64,000 nucleotides of DNA from Spirochaetia bacterium. Lineage in GTDB: Bacteria; Spirochaetota; Spirochaetia; UBA9216. The notes below the pieces were generated by a model. It was not told the DNA's origin, did not search any database, and saw nothing but the letters and a program-made list of their open reading frames with translations. Position numbers and translations under genes: made by a program. The stretch covers positions 288,001-352,000 of the forward strand of contig OZ223269.1 of NCBI GenBank assembly GCA_965140585.1. The letters are read 5' to 3'. Every line of letters begins with the position of its first letter. Positions within the stretch are counted from its first letter, which is position 1. Shown piece by piece: positions 36,609 to 46,763 of the stretch.

Positions 36609-37493
36609 ATGACTGCAATTAAAAAAAATACTCGTGCTGAAATATTTATTATTTTTACTACTGTTATATGGGGCGGCACCTTTGTCGTGATCAAAAATGG
36701 GCTGAACGATGCCTCACCGCTTATGTTTCTCGCCTTAAGGTTTGGAGCTGCCTTTATTCCATACTTTCTGATATTCAGAAAGCATTTTTATAGATTAAGC
36801 AGACGGACTGTATTCAGGGCTTTTATTCTGTCTTTGTTTTTTTTCTGCGGTTATGCAATGCAGACAATAGGCCTGTCTTATACAACAGTGGCTAAATCCA
36901 GTTTATTCACATATCTTTTTGCTCTGGTAGTTCCGCCGCTTCAGTTTTTCTTCACAGGTAAAAGGTTGAACACTGAAAATATATTAGGTCTTGTGATTGT
37001 AGTTTCCGGAATGGTGATCTTTACCCGGCCGGGAAATTCTTCGCTTAATATCGGTGATTTTCTTACAATGGCCGGTGCAGCAGGCTACGCCTTTTTTATT
37101 CTGTTTATAGACAGGTATTCTAATGAAGAGGACCCTGCAGTTTTAACGGGATTTCAGTTTCTAATTTCAGCACTTCTTGCACTTGTTTTCTCATTGTTGC
37201 TTGAAGAGCCATTCGTAAATCCGGGGTTTAACCTGTATATTTCTATAGGTTATCTTGCGCTTCCCGGCAGTATTCTGGCTATCTATCTGATGAACCGTTA
37301 TCAGGGCGATATCACACCGCTGAAAGCCTGCCTGCTTTATTCTCTTGAACCTGTATTTTCCATTATCTTTGGATGGATAATCCTGCATGAGACGTTATCG
37401 TTTTCTGAGTCGATTGGGGCTTTGCTTATCCTGGCAGGTGTTCTGGCTTCAGAGCTTATCGGACATCTGAGATCGCTCAGGCATTATGTGTGA
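36609..37493 (+). CDS. DMT (EamA) family transporter
   Basis: IWGGTF..IK, RF, GL.YTT, SLEPVF; about 10 TM. Confidence 0.9.
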   Translation: MTAIKKNTRAEIFIIFTTVIWGGTFVVIKNGLNDASPLMFLALRFGAAFIPYFLIFRKHFYRLSRRTVFRAFILSLFFFCGYAMQTIGLSYTTVAKSSLFTYLFALVVPPLQFFFTGKRLNTENILGLVIVVSGMVIFTRPGNSSLNIGDFLTMAGAAGYAFFILFIDRYSNEEDPAVLTGFQFLISALLALVFSLLLEEPFVNPGFNLYISIGYLALPGSILAIYLMNRYQGDITPLKACLLYSLEPVFSIIFGWIILHETLSFSESIGALLILAGVLASELIGHLRSLRHYV

Positions 37494-38100
37494 ACTTATC
37501 TGAATTCCCGAGAAAAATAGATTCAAGACTGTAATCCTTTCCGGAACCATCGAAAACGACTTTTATTATTTCACCGTTATTAGGGAAATCTTTGGGGTAG
37601 TCCGGAAGAATATTTTTAAGAGTCGCAATTATCAGCCTCATGGTTACAGCATGAGTTACTATAAGAATATTTTTATTTTTATATTTTTCATGTAAGTCTT
37701 TAAAAAACGAGTCTACCCTGTCTGCAATCATTTTATATGACTCGCCTCCGCCTGCAGGTTCCCATTCCCATCTTTTCAGCTGATCCTGGATGTAATCGGG
37801 TTCGAGTTTTACCTGGTCATAGCTCATACCCGAAAATCTGCCGAGGTGCTGTTCAGTTATCCTCTCATCTAGTTCAATAGAAGTATCGAAAAGCATGCTG
37901 AACGGCTCTGCTGTCTGTACAGCCCTGATCAGCGGAGATGAAATTATATGATCTATATCAGCAATATCCTTCAGTTCTTCGGCAATAAGAGCAGCTTCGT
38001 TCCGGCCTTCTTCTGTCAGCGGATATGCCAACTGACTAGCCATGATTCTGGCTTTGTTGGCTTCGCTTTCTGCATGACGAATAAAATAGAGCGTATTCAT
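37477..38100 (-). CDS. Histidine phosphatase family protein
   Basis: RHAES..N, SSPL.RA.QTA, GES, VTH. Confidence 0.9.
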   Translation of the reverse strand: MNTLYFIRHAESEANKARIMASQLAYPLTEEGRNEAALIAEELKDIADIDHIISSPLIRAVQTAEPFSMLFDTSIELDERITEQHLGRFSGMSYDQVKLEPDYIQDQLKRWEWEPAGGGESYKMIADRVDSFFKDLHEKYKNKNILIVTHAVTMRLIIATLKNILPDYPKDFPNNGEIIKVVFDGSGKDYSLESIFLGNSDKFTHNA

Positions 38101-38144
38101 ATCTGAATTATACTGATTTTATCTTATACTATCTATATCAGCAC

Positions 38145-38188
38145 TTGATTATGTTTTTTTGAAGACATAATATAGTTAATCGATTAAC
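38145..38188 (+). promoter_or_regulatory. Promoter and LacI-type operator of kbaZ-like gene
   Basis: TTGATT(38145)-N17-TAATAT(38168), then perfect palindrome GTTAATCGATTAAC (38175-38188) with central CG. Confidence 0.7.
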
Positions 38189-38214
38189 CTATTGTTTATT
38201 TTAAGGAGCAGCTT

Positions 38215-39522
38215 ATGTCGGCAATTGAAGAGTTTAACAATATTCTAAAATCCAACTTGGAAGGAGAATCCAGAGGTATATATTCGCTCTGCAGTGCTCA
38301 TTCAGAGGTAATAAAGGCGGCTATGAAGCAGTCTATGAGCGATGGTTCTCTTCTGCTTATTGAATCGACTAGTAATCAGGTCGATCAGTTCGGCGGATAC
38401 ACCGGAATGAAACCTGCTGATTTTATATCCTATGTTAAAAAAATTGCCGGTGAGACAGGCTATCCCGATGAACGTATTTTGTTTGGTGGAGACCATCTGG
38501 GGCCGAATGCCTGGCAATCCCTTAAAGCTGCAGATGCTATGAAAAACGCCAGAGAGCTCATCGCAGGCTATGTTAAAGCAGGATACCAGAAGATTCATCT
38601 TGATGCGAGTATGTACTGTGCAGATGATGAAGGGGACAGGCATAAACCGCTTGCCGATGAGATAGTAGCCGAAAGGGCCGCAGATTTGTGCAGTGTCGCA
38701 GAGAAAACCATAGTGGAAATGGGCAATCCGCATCGGCTTTCATATATTATCGGTACAGAAGTTCCTGTCCCGGGGGGAAGCAGAGAAAAGGAAGAGCAGG
38801 TAAATCCCACATCATCGGAAGATGCAATTCGAACTTATGAGGTAACCAGAGCTGCATTTGAAAAAAAAGGCTTGTCGTCGGCCTGGAAACGAGTATGCGG
38901 TCTTGTTGTTCAGCCGGGAGTGGAGTTCGGGGATGATCAGGTTTTTCATTACAACAGGAACATGGCCTCCGGGCTGTCTTCACTTGCAGGAAACCGTCTG
39001 CCGATTATTTTTGAAGCTCACTCCACGGACTATCAGACCGGTGAAGGTTTAAAACACCTTGTTGAGGATCACTTTTGTATTCTTAAAGTCGGGCCCTGGG
39101 TTACCTTTGCGTACAGAGAAGCGGTATTTGCTCTCGAATTGATTGAAAGGGAATTATGCGGAAAATCAGGGTGTCAGTTATCAGCGCTTCGGGATACAAT
39201 TGAAAATGTTATGATTGGTAATCCAAAATACTGGAAATCATACTATTCCGGAACTGAGGAAGAGATTGAACAAAAAAGGAAGTACAGTTTCAGTGACCGG
39301 GTAAGATACTACTGGCCCGATTCCGCAATTAAGGATTCGATATCCAGGCTCATGAATAATCTGTCAGGAAGACAGATCCCACTGTCACTATTAAGCCAGT
39401 TCATGCCCTCTCAGTTCTACTCAGTCCAGGATGGCTGGATACAGCCTGTAGCCGAAGAACTGATACACGATAGAATAGCTGATGTAATTAGAATTTATTC
39501 AGCAGCCTGCGGGACACTTTAG
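38215..39522 (+). CDS. kbaZ: KbaZ/GatZ family protein (tagatose-6-phosphate/fructose-6-phosphate 4-epimerase-like)
   Basis: SLCSAH, ESTSNQVDQFGGYTGM, GGDHLGP, KIHLDAS, GTEVPVPGG, VVQPGVEF, EAHSTDYQ, LKVGP, SDRVRYYW. Confidence 0.9.
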   Translation: MSAIEEFNNILKSNLEGESRGIYSLCSAHSEVIKAAMKQSMSDGSLLLIESTSNQVDQFGGYTGMKPADFISYVKKIAGETGYPDERILFGGDHLGPNAWQSLKAADAMKNARELIAGYVKAGYQKIHLDASMYCADDEGDRHKPLADEIVAERAADLCSVAEKTIVEMGNPHRLSYIIGTEVPVPGGSREKEEQVNPTSSEDAIRTYEVTRAAFEKKGLSSAWKRVCGLVVQPGVEFGDDQVFHYNRNMASGLSSLAGNRLPIIFEAHSTDYQTGEGLKHLVEDHFCILKVGPWVTFAYREAVFALELIERELCGKSGCQLSALRDTIENVMIGNPKYWKSYYSGTEEEIEQKRKYSFSDRVRYYWPDSAIKDSISRLMNNLSGRQIPLSLLSQFMPSQFYSVQDGWIQPVAEELIHDRIADVIRIYSAACGTL

Positions 39523-40086
39523 TATACCGCGGGTAAAATCCTTCACGAAACGGAGCATGCACTCATCAAGAGTGTAGGGATCTTTAAGTTCAGCATGATG
39601 CATATAGTGAAAAGTTGCTCCGGATATTATATTCACAAAGTGCCTTGAACTTTTTGCGGCATCAGTATCATCCTTCAGCTGATTCGAGTGGCTTTCAATA
39701 TAGTTTTTTACTATTTCTATCATCTGTTCCGGCTGGTTTTTAAGTTCTTTTTCAATTTCCTCAAAGGCAATAATTTCTTTAAAACTCATCTGGATAAGTC
39801 TGCTGTTCTTTTTAAAAAGATTAACCATTGCATTGCAGATAAGTATGAAATCCTTCTCAATATCATCTGTTGTATCCTGAAGAAGATATTCAGGAGTCGG
39901 TCGTACAATATATTTTCTGAAAGTCTCATGATAAATACTCTTTTTATTACCGAAGCACCTGAAGAGGGTTACCTCATTAACCCCGGCCGATTCTGCTATC
40001 TCCCGTGTTCTTACCGCGGCATAGCCCTTATCTGAAAATAGTTTTACAGATGCAGCAAGAATTTTATCTTTTGTATCTACGCTCAT
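39499..40086 (-). CDS. TetR-family regulator
   Basis: ILAAS..LF..KGY...TREIA..AGVNEVTLFR.F..K HTH. Confidence 0.92.
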   Translation of the reverse strand: MSVDTKDKILAASVKLFSDKGYAAVRTREIAESAGVNEVTLFRCFGNKKSIYHETFRKYIVRPTPEYLLQDTTDDIEKDFILICNAMVNLFKKNSRLIQMSFKEIIAFEEIEKELKNQPEQMIEIVKNYIESHSNQLKDDTDAAKSSRHFVNIISGATFHYMHHAELKDPYTLDECMLRFVKDFTRGILKCPAGC

Positions 40087-40136
40087 CTTTCTCCTCTTAC
40101 TATTAAATATACAATAATCAGAAAAGTGTTAAAAGT

Positions 40137-40152
40137 GCAAGTAAGTACTTGC
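40137..40152. promoter_or_regulatory. Putative TetR operator between tetR and MATE gene
   Basis: GCAAGTA-AG-TACTTGC palindrome in the divergent intergenic region. Confidence 0.7.
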
Positions 40153-40186
40153 TTTTATTATGTGATCTATATAAATTATTAAATGT

Positions 40187-41626
40187 ATGAAAGATATTAA
40201 TAATACAGATAAATCAGAATTTCTGGGAAAAGAAAAGATATTCCCTCTTTTAATAAAGATGGCCGCACCTGCTGCAGCAGGAATGCTTGTACAGGCCTTA
40301 TATAACATTGTTGATACTATTTTTGTTGGAAGAGGAGTCGGTTCACTTGCAATCGGAGCACTCTCTCTGGTTTTTCCAATTCAGATGATTGTTGCTTCTA
40401 TCGCAATGGCACTGGGAATAGGTACAGCTTCTATTGTTTCAAGAAGACTTGGAGAAAAACGGTTTGATGATGCATCAAAAGCAGTAGGAACCGGATACAC
40501 TTCCATGCTTGCAGGAACATTTATTCTTACTGCAATACTTGTCATTTTCATGAAGCCCATACTTGGATTTTTTGGAACTACAGAAGTGCTTATGCCGCTT
40601 ACATCGGAATATACAAAATGGGTTTCAATCGGATTTTTCTTTTTTGCCTTTTCATCCTTTGCAAGTACAATGGCAAGAGCGGAAGGAAACTCAAAAGGTG
40701 CAATGATAGGTATGATGGTGGGTGCAGTCCTTAACTGCCTGCTGGATCCGCTGTTTATATTCGGATTCGACCTCGGTGTTATGGGTGCTGCAATTGCCAC
40801 TTCCATAAGCCAGATGGTTTCCGCCTTGTATTTCATAAGTATCTATGTTAGGAAAAAAAATACAGTAAAGATAAGACCGGGATACTTTCGAATTGATACA
40901 AAGATTCTGAAAGAAAGCGTTGTTCTCGGTATTCCGCCCTTTATTCAGAATGCAGGAATGAGCCTGCTTGTTCTGATTGTTAACAATTCGCTAGGACATT
41001 ACGGCGGAGAAGAAGCCATAGTAAACTACGGAATGTCAAACCGGTTTATGTCTGTTCTGATTATGCCTATTATCGGTATTGCTCAGGGCTTTCAGCCTAT
41101 TGCAGGCTACAATATCGGGGCAAAGAATTATGACAGGGTTAAACAAAGCCTTAAAACCGCAATAATTACCGGATTGTCAGTTACCATGGTAGGCTACAGT
41201 ATTGCAATGATCTTTCCTCAGGCATGTATGGGGCTTTTTACCTCAGATACTGCGATAATTGAATCAAGTGCGAGAGTACTGAGAATTGTAATGTTATCTA
41301 TTCCACTGGTTGCAGTGCAGTTTATCGGAATAAGCTATTTTCAGGCCGTGGGAAAAGCAAAACAGTCAATGCTTCTCGGCCTTTCAAGACAACTGCTGCT
41401 TTTTCTGCCGGTTCTTATCATACTTCCGCTGATAATAGGACTTGATGGTGTCTGGGGAACTTTCCCTGTTGCTGACACCTTATCATCAGTACTTACCTAT
41501 ATCCTGCTTATTGTTGAATTAAAGAAGCTCGGCAGGGCTGATGAGGAAAGAAAGGCTGATATTGAAATAGAAAAGGATAATTATGTAAAAGTGCAGCTTC
41601 AGCCGGAATTGAGGGCTGAAGCCTGA
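40187..41626 (+). CDS. MATE efflux transporter (MepA-like)
   Basis: LYNIVDTIFVG, LDPLFIF, QGFQPI.GYN.GA, LSRQ; 12 TM. Confidence 0.93.
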   Translation: MKDINNTDKSEFLGKEKIFPLLIKMAAPAAAGMLVQALYNIVDTIFVGRGVGSLAIGALSLVFPIQMIVASIAMALGIGTASIVSRRLGEKRFDDASKAVGTGYTSMLAGTFILTAILVIFMKPILGFFGTTEVLMPLTSEYTKWVSIGFFFFAFSSFASTMARAEGNSKGAMIGMMVGAVLNCLLDPLFIFGFDLGVMGAAIATSISQMVSALYFISIYVRKKNTVKIRPGYFRIDTKILKESVVLGIPPFIQNAGMSLLVLIVNNSLGHYGGEEAIVNYGMSNRFMSVLIMPIIGIAQGFQPIAGYNIGAKNYDRVKQSLKTAIITGLSVTMVGYSIAMIFPQACMGLFTSDTAIIESSARVLRIVMLSIPLVAVQFIGISYFQAVGKAKQSMLLGLSRQLLLFLPVLIILPLIIGLDGVWGTFPVADTLSSVLTYILLIVELKKLGRADEERKADIEIEKDNYVKVQLQPELRAEA

Positions 41627-41638
41627 TTAAAATAGATC

Positions 41639-41902
41639 TTACTGCCAGCGTTCCAGTTTGGGAATGCCGGCGGCAAAAAATGAAGCTATGAAGCCGGGCA
41701 TCTTCATTTTTTTCAGCTGTTCCTTGACCAGGGATTTCATTTCTTCCATGGTCATCTCAGGCTGAACGAAGGCTCCGTTTTCATAGCAGTAACTGCAGTA
41801 TTTATTATTCAGGGACCCGTCTGGTTCGGTTCCCCCGCCTTTCGGGTCCTGTTTCATAGGTATACCGCAGCTTTGACAATTTTTGTATTTTACCTTATTC
41901 AT
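41639..41902 (-). CDS. Zinc-ribbon protein (Zn_ribbon_2 type)
   Basis: CQSCGIPM...GTE.DGS...YCSYCY..G.F...LERW. Confidence 0.85.
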   Translation of the reverse strand: MNKVKYKNCQSCGIPMKQDPKGGGTEPDGSLNNKYCSYCYENGAFVQPEMTMEEMKSLVKEQLKKMKMPGFIASFFAAGIPKLERWQ

Positions 41903-41905
41903 CGA

Positions 41906-42358
41906 TTAATCCTCTTTAATATAAAAGTAAATCTCTGTTATCAGATCTTCAGGCTTTGTATCTTCGGGTGAATTCATGTACTGCTCGTACATAGCTGTTT
42001 CAAAAACTATACCCTTAGTTTTCGCATATTCGCTGATTTTATCGTATGTTTCACTAAGATTTGCGTATGTACCCTTATGTGTTTCAATCAGCATCTTTCC
42101 TCCGGGTAGATATCCTGAATTTACATTACCTCCGTTTTTAAAGCTTCCTGAAACTGGAAAACCGGCCTCAATCTCCAGATTATCCATATCCATGTTGAAA
42201 TACATTGCGTAAGGTGCGCCTGTGAACTGAATATTCTGATTTTCAGCATATTCAGCTATCTCTCCATAAGCTTTTGCCAGAAACGCAGGTATTTCCTGCA
42301 TTGTTGTGATTCCTTTTACAGCCATAGTCGGCTGTTCTTCCTTCTGAATTATCTTCAT
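41906..42358 (-). CDS. GyrI-like small-molecule-binding protein
   Basis: GAPYA.Y, IEAGFPV, H.G.Y..L..TY, YEQY.N.P......L.TEI. Confidence 0.88.
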   Translation of the reverse strand: MKIIQKEEQPTMAVKGITTMQEIPAFLAKAYGEIAEYAENQNIQFTGAPYAMYFNMDMDNLEIEAGFPVSGSFKNGGNVNSGYLPGGKMLIETHKGTYANLSETYDKISEYAKTKGIVFETAMYEQYMNSPEDTKPEDLITEIYFYIKED

Positions 42359-42403
42359 AATGGAACTCCTTTGTTTTAGCGATAATTCATTATTTCACCA
42401 TGT

Positions 42404-42425
42404 ATACGACAGCAGTATGTCGTAA
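42404..42425. promoter_or_regulatory. Putative WYL/YafY regulator binding site upstream of gyrI-like gene
   Basis: TACGACA-N6-TGTCGTA perfect dyad (42405-42424). Confidence 0.65.
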
Positions 42426-42484
42426 TTATTTTAAATATATTTTAACAAATCATTTCAGTATGCTGTGATAGAATCATAATTAAG

Positions 42485-43366
42485 ATGAGTAAAATAAAAT
42501 TTAATAATGATTTATGCAGAATATGCGGTTTGTGTGAAAAAGTATGTCCTAACAAAATTATTATAAGGACAGATTCAGGAATGACTACTAGAAATGACCA
42601 TGTTTTCTCCTGTTTCCAGTGCGGACAATGTATGGCTGTCTGTCCTGCCTGCGCTGTCGAGGTGGAAGGTTTAAATTATAATAGTGATTTTTTTGAACTC
42701 CCCAATGCTGCAGAAAGTAAAGAGCTGTTTAGTAATCTGATAAAAACAAGAAGATCAGTGCGTAATTTTCAAAAAAAGGCTGTACAGGAAGAGCATCTAA
42801 CAAAAATAGTTGAAGCAATAAGTCTTGCTCCACCGGGATTTCCTCCCCTAAGGTATGAGCTGACAGTAATCAATGATGCTGATCTGATGACTGAATGTAT
42901 ACCGCTAATGATAGAATTCTATGAAAAACTTGTAAAGCAGATGAAAAATCCGGTTATCAGATTTTTTATTAAAAACAGTGTCGGAAATCAGGCATTTTTA
43001 ACCATGAAGCAGCATCTTATTCCACTGCTTAAAATACGGCTTCCTGATTTAAAAAACGGAAATGAAAATACCTTAACAAGAGATGCTCCTGCAATGATAC
43101 TTTTTCATCAAAATAGAAATGAAGAGGACCTGACAGAAGATATTTTGATTGCTGCGACATTCGGAGTATTATCTGCACATTCATGGGGCCTTGGAGGCTC
43201 AATTATGAGTATAATACCACCTGCAGTTGATAGAAGTCCGGAACTTAGGAAATTATTTAAAATACCTGAACAGAATAAAGTTGTGTCATCACTTATCATG
43301 GGATATCCCAATATAAAATACCAGCGCGGGATAAAACGCGAAATAAAAAAAATAATAAGGCTGTAA
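42485..43366 (+). CDS. Nitroreductase with N-terminal 2x[4Fe-4S] domain
   Basis: CRICGLCEKVCP, CFQCGQCMAVCP, TRRSVRNF, AHSWGLG. Confidence 0.9.
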   Translation: MSKIKFNNDLCRICGLCEKVCPNKIIIRTDSGMTTRNDHVFSCFQCGQCMAVCPACAVEVEGLNYNSDFFELPNAAESKELFSNLIKTRRSVRNFQKKAVQEEHLTKIVEAISLAPPGFPPLRYELTVINDADLMTECIPLMIEFYEKLVKQMKNPVIRFFIKNSVGNQAFLTMKQHLIPLLKIRLPDLKNGNENTLTRDAPAMILFHQNRNEEDLTEDILIAATFGVLSAHSWGLGGSIMSIIPPAVDRSPELRKLFKIPEQNKVVSSLIMGYPNIKYQRGIKREIKKIIRL

Positions 43367-43376
43367 GTTTAAATCC

Positions 43377-44222
43377 ATGATAGATTCACCTGTGATATAT
43401 TATTTTTCAGGTACCGGAAATTCTCTCCATGTAGCAGAGCTGCTTAAGGCTAAACTTCCAAATTCAGATATAATCCCGGTAATCAAAGCATATTATGAAA
43501 GAAAATTTATATGCACATCAAATAAAGTTATCTTCGTTTTTCCATGTCACGGCCTGACTATTCCTATCCCGGTAAAGAAATTTATACAAAACCTTGAAAT
43601 TGATAAAGGATCATATATATCTTCAATAGTGACGAGGGGAGGCACAGTTTTTAAAGGTAATATCCTGCTTAAAAAATTATTAAACCGGAAAAGACTTAAA
43701 CTTAATTCCTCATTTCTAATCGATATGATATCCAATGATCCAAAATTCAAAAATTATTCACTTCCAGATATAGCCGATTTTAAAAACATTATGAAAAAGT
43801 CTGAGTCCAGTGTTTGGAATGCTGCTGAAATTATTGAATCTGGTAAGGATTATTCTGCCCCTGATACGGGTGTTTCATTCAGCCGGAACCGAATCCTTAA
43901 CACAATTCTTGAATTGTTAATCCCTTTTTTGACTCATAATATATCGCCAAAAGTCAGTAAATATTTTTATTATGATAAAAAGTGTACGGGTTGCGGAGTA
44001 TGTGAAAAGGTTTGCCCGTCATCAAAAATTATGATAATTAAAAATGAACCCGTATGGCAGAAAAAGATTACCTGCTATCTCTGTTATTCCTGTCTTAATT
44101 ACTGTCCCCAAAGCGCAGTACAGATTTATTCGAAAAAATGGATGAGATCATATACTGGTGAAAATCCCAGATATCATCATCCAGAATGCAATTTCGCAAA
44201 GATTGCAAAGCAGAAAGTATAG
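43377..44222 (+). CDS. EFR1-family flavodoxin-ferredoxin fusion
   Basis: YYFSGTGNS flavodoxin loop; CTGCGVCEKVCP and CYLCYSCLNYCP; RYHHP. Confidence 0.88.
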   Translation: MIDSPVIYYFSGTGNSLHVAELLKAKLPNSDIIPVIKAYYERKFICTSNKVIFVFPCHGLTIPIPVKKFIQNLEIDKGSYISSIVTRGGTVFKGNILLKKLLNRKRLKLNSSFLIDMISNDPKFKNYSLPDIADFKNIMKKSESSVWNAAEIIESGKDYSAPDTGVSFSRNRILNTILELLIPFLTHNISPKVSKYFYYDKKCTGCGVCEKVCPSSKIMIIKNEPVWQKKITCYLCYSCLNYCPQSAVQIYSKKWMRSYTGENPRYHHPECNFAKIAKQKV

Positions 44223-44256
44223 CCTGTGGAGTATTATAGCTTCAGAGGGTAATAAA

Positions 44257-45030
44257 ATGTCAAAGGCCATATCAGATGAAATTAAGATAATAGATCTTAC
44301 ACCGGATAACATAGCAGACTATGGTGTCTGCGGATATAAGGATGTGAAAAAGCATCTTGAACTGAGGCGAAAAATTGACTGGGTGAAAAAATACTACCCT
44401 AAAGGACTCCGGATAAAAGCACTGATACATCAAGAGGGTGGATACCAGGGGATGATAGAATATATTCCCGGAGAATATGCACACAGACCGGTGAATGCTG
44501 AAGGCTACATGTTTATACACTGTCTCTTTGTAGGGTTTAAAAAAGAATACAAAGGCAGAGGTTATGCCTCTCTGCTTACTGAAGAATGTATTAAAGAAAG
44601 CCGTAATACCGGATATAAAGGCGTAGCTGCTGTGACCCGCATCGGTTCTTTTATGGCTGACAGCGGCGTTTTTATAAAAAACAATTTCAAAGCAGTAGCT
44701 TCCGTGAAGCCTGATTTTGAACTGCTTGTGAACAAATTTGATAATTCATATCCAAATCCTGACTTCCGGAAAATCCACCCAGAGAAGTTTGATAAGGGAT
44801 TTTATATTTTCAGATCAGCCCAGTGCCCCTACACAGTGAAGAATGTTGATGCCATCATAAAAGCAGCTGAAGATAAAAGGCTTAATCCGCAGCTGATAGA
44901 AATCAATTCACATGAAGAGGCTCAGAACTCTCCAAGCCCCTTCGGTGCATTCGGTATTATTCATAATGGAAAAATTCTTAGTTATCATCCTATAAGTGTT
45001 AAAAGGTTTGAAAACATAATTAATAAATAA
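44257..45030 (+). CDS. GNAT acetyltransferase with C-terminal YoaP-like domain
   Basis: IEYIPGEYA.RPV, IHC, KGRGYAS, QCPY, AQNSPSPF; ATG 44257 after GAGGG. Confidence 0.82.
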   Translation: MSKAISDEIKIIDLTPDNIADYGVCGYKDVKKHLELRRKIDWVKKYYPKGLRIKALIHQEGGYQGMIEYIPGEYAHRPVNAEGYMFIHCLFVGFKKEYKGRGYASLLTEECIKESRNTGYKGVAAVTRIGSFMADSGVFIKNNFKAVASVKPDFELLVNKFDNSYPNPDFRKIHPEKFDKGFYIFRSAQCPYTVKNVDAIIKAAEDKRLNPQLIEINSHEEAQNSPSPFGAFGIIHNGKILSYHPISVKRFENIINK

Positions 45031-45071
45031 ACAGCTGGACATGTCAATTAAAATCAATATAAATTAAAAAT

Positions 45072-46715
45072 ATGACTAATCCAAGTGCATATTTCTTAAA
45101 ATGTTATTCAGAAAGTCCGCTCGAAGTTCAGAAAAAAGCTTCGATTCTTGTAGTGATCAATTTTCTATTTATCATTCTTTCACTATTGCTGACACTGGCA
45201 ATGGCTTTAACCGGAGCGGTTGTGGCTATGGTTATGACCTCAGTTCTGGCTGTCTGCTGCTTATTTTTTCTTGTTCTGATTAAAAAAGGGAAATTTAAAA
45301 TAGCTGTAAATTTATTTCTTGCAGTATTCTTTTTAATAATTTTTGCAACAATCAAGTTTGATGCCTATGTAGATGTATATGAAACCTATGTGATTTCAGC
45401 ACTTGGGCTGTTTTTTCTCATTATCACCTGTCTTGTAGGATATTCTATATACCAGCCTGTTGCTGCAACGATATTAAATTGTGCAGCAATATCTGCAATT
45501 TATCTGGTTGATGTTCTTCCTTCACAGAAGGGACAAGTCGGTATTCTTGATGTTCAGAATCTGGTTACCTGTTATATAATAGTTATCGGCTCAGGCTTTA
45601 CAGCTGTTATGATACTCAGACTGCTTAAAACTCTTGTGAAGGATGCGGAAGATTCAAAGTCGGAAGTTCAGAAACATTTTGCAGAGTTTAATACAGGAGT
45701 TAAGGAAACATTTGAAATCTTCACCGGAATAGGTGAGGAGCTCAGGAGTTCCTCGGATACTTCGATTAATACGATTAGCAGAGTTTCATCAGATTTAAAC
45801 CGTATTAAAACCTCTGTAGAAGAATTGGAAACAAGCATATTTGAGATGTCAGGAGCAAATAAAAAATCTGTTGAATCGGTAGATTTTCTCAATTCAACCC
45901 TCGATAAATACAATCTTACCGTACAGACTACATCTTCTTCTGTAGAGCAGCTAATCGCCAATATTAATTCAATTTCATCAAATACAGCCTCACAGATGAA
46001 GGCAGTGGAGGCTTTGGTTTCCTCCTCGATGTCCGGTGAAGCAGAAATGGATGATTCTGTTGGACTGATTAACAGTATAGACAAGAGTTCATCTGATATG
46101 CTTGAAATGGTTCAGATTATTATGAGTATTGCTGATCGTACAAACTTACTGGCAATGAATGCGGCAATTGAAGCAGCCCATGCGGGAGAATCAGGTAAAG
46201 GTTTTGCAGTTGTCGCCGACGAAATAAGAAAACTGGCGGAAGAAACAGCTAAAAATTCCAGGAATATTTCTGAACGTTTATCAGAAAGTCTCTCTGCAGT
46301 CAGCAGGACTACTGAAGCCAGTCAGAGAGTAGGGCAGACATTTCACTTAATTACAGAAGAAATACGAAAGGTTTCATCGATGTTCAGGGAGGCTTCTGCA
46401 GGTATAGATGAGATGTCTCAGGGAACCGGTGCTATTCTGTCCGAAATTGAAGGAATAGTTGATAAATCGGCACTTGCCGATGAAGCTATGAAGAACCTTG
46501 AAAATATAAATGCACAAAACACAGAGAAGCTCGATGAGATAGTCAGCCGGGCAGAAAATGTAGCAGAAACCATATCTGATATAAAAAGAATTTTCACTGA
46601 TGCAGAAGCCCAGGCTGTGAGAGTCTCTGAAATAGGACAGGAAAATGTCAGTCAGCTTAACCGTTTCAGTAAAAAAATGAATTCACTCAATTCAGAAAAA
46701 AGGGCTCCGGCTTAA
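45072..46715 (+). CDS. Methyl-accepting chemotaxis protein with multi-TM sensor
   Basis: About six N-terminal TM helices; [38 protein letters not shown] signalling hairpin. Confidence 0.93.
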   Translation: MTNPSAYFLKCYSESPLEVQKKASILVVINFLFIILSLLLTLAMALTGAVVAMVMTSVLAVCCLFFLVLIKKGKFKIAVNLFLAVFFLIIFATIKFDAYVDVYETYVISALGLFFLIITCLVGYSIYQPVAATILNCAAISAIYLVDVLPSQKGQVGILDVQNLVTCYIIVIGSGFTAVMILRLLKTLVKDAEDSKSEVQKHFAEFNTGVKETFEIFTGIGEELRSSSDTSINTISRVSSDLNRIKTSVEELETSIFEMSGANKKSVESVDFLNSTLDKYNLTVQTTSSSVEQLIANINSISSNTASQMKAVEALVSSSMSGEAEMDDSVGLINSIDKSSSDMLEMVQIIMSIADRTNLLAMNAAIEAAHAGESGKGFAVVADEIRKLAEETAKNSRNISERLSESLSAVSRTTEASQRVGQTFHLITEEIRKVSSMFREASAGIDEMSQGTGAILSEIEGIVDKSALADEAMKNLENINAQNTEKLDEIVSRAENVAETISDIKRIFTDAEAQAVRVSEIGQENVSQLNRFSKKMNSLNSEKRAPA

Positions 46716-46735
46716 GCTGAGGCTCCAGCCGGAGC
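46696..46735 (-). terminator. Terminator for the GRE operon (possibly bidirectional)
   Basis: GCTCCGGCT (46704-46712) / AGCCGGAGC (46727-46735) stem; the A run at 46696-46701 gives a U tail on the minus strand. Confidence 0.6.
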
Positions 46736-46763
46736 AAAATGAAAAGGAATTATTAGGACGATG

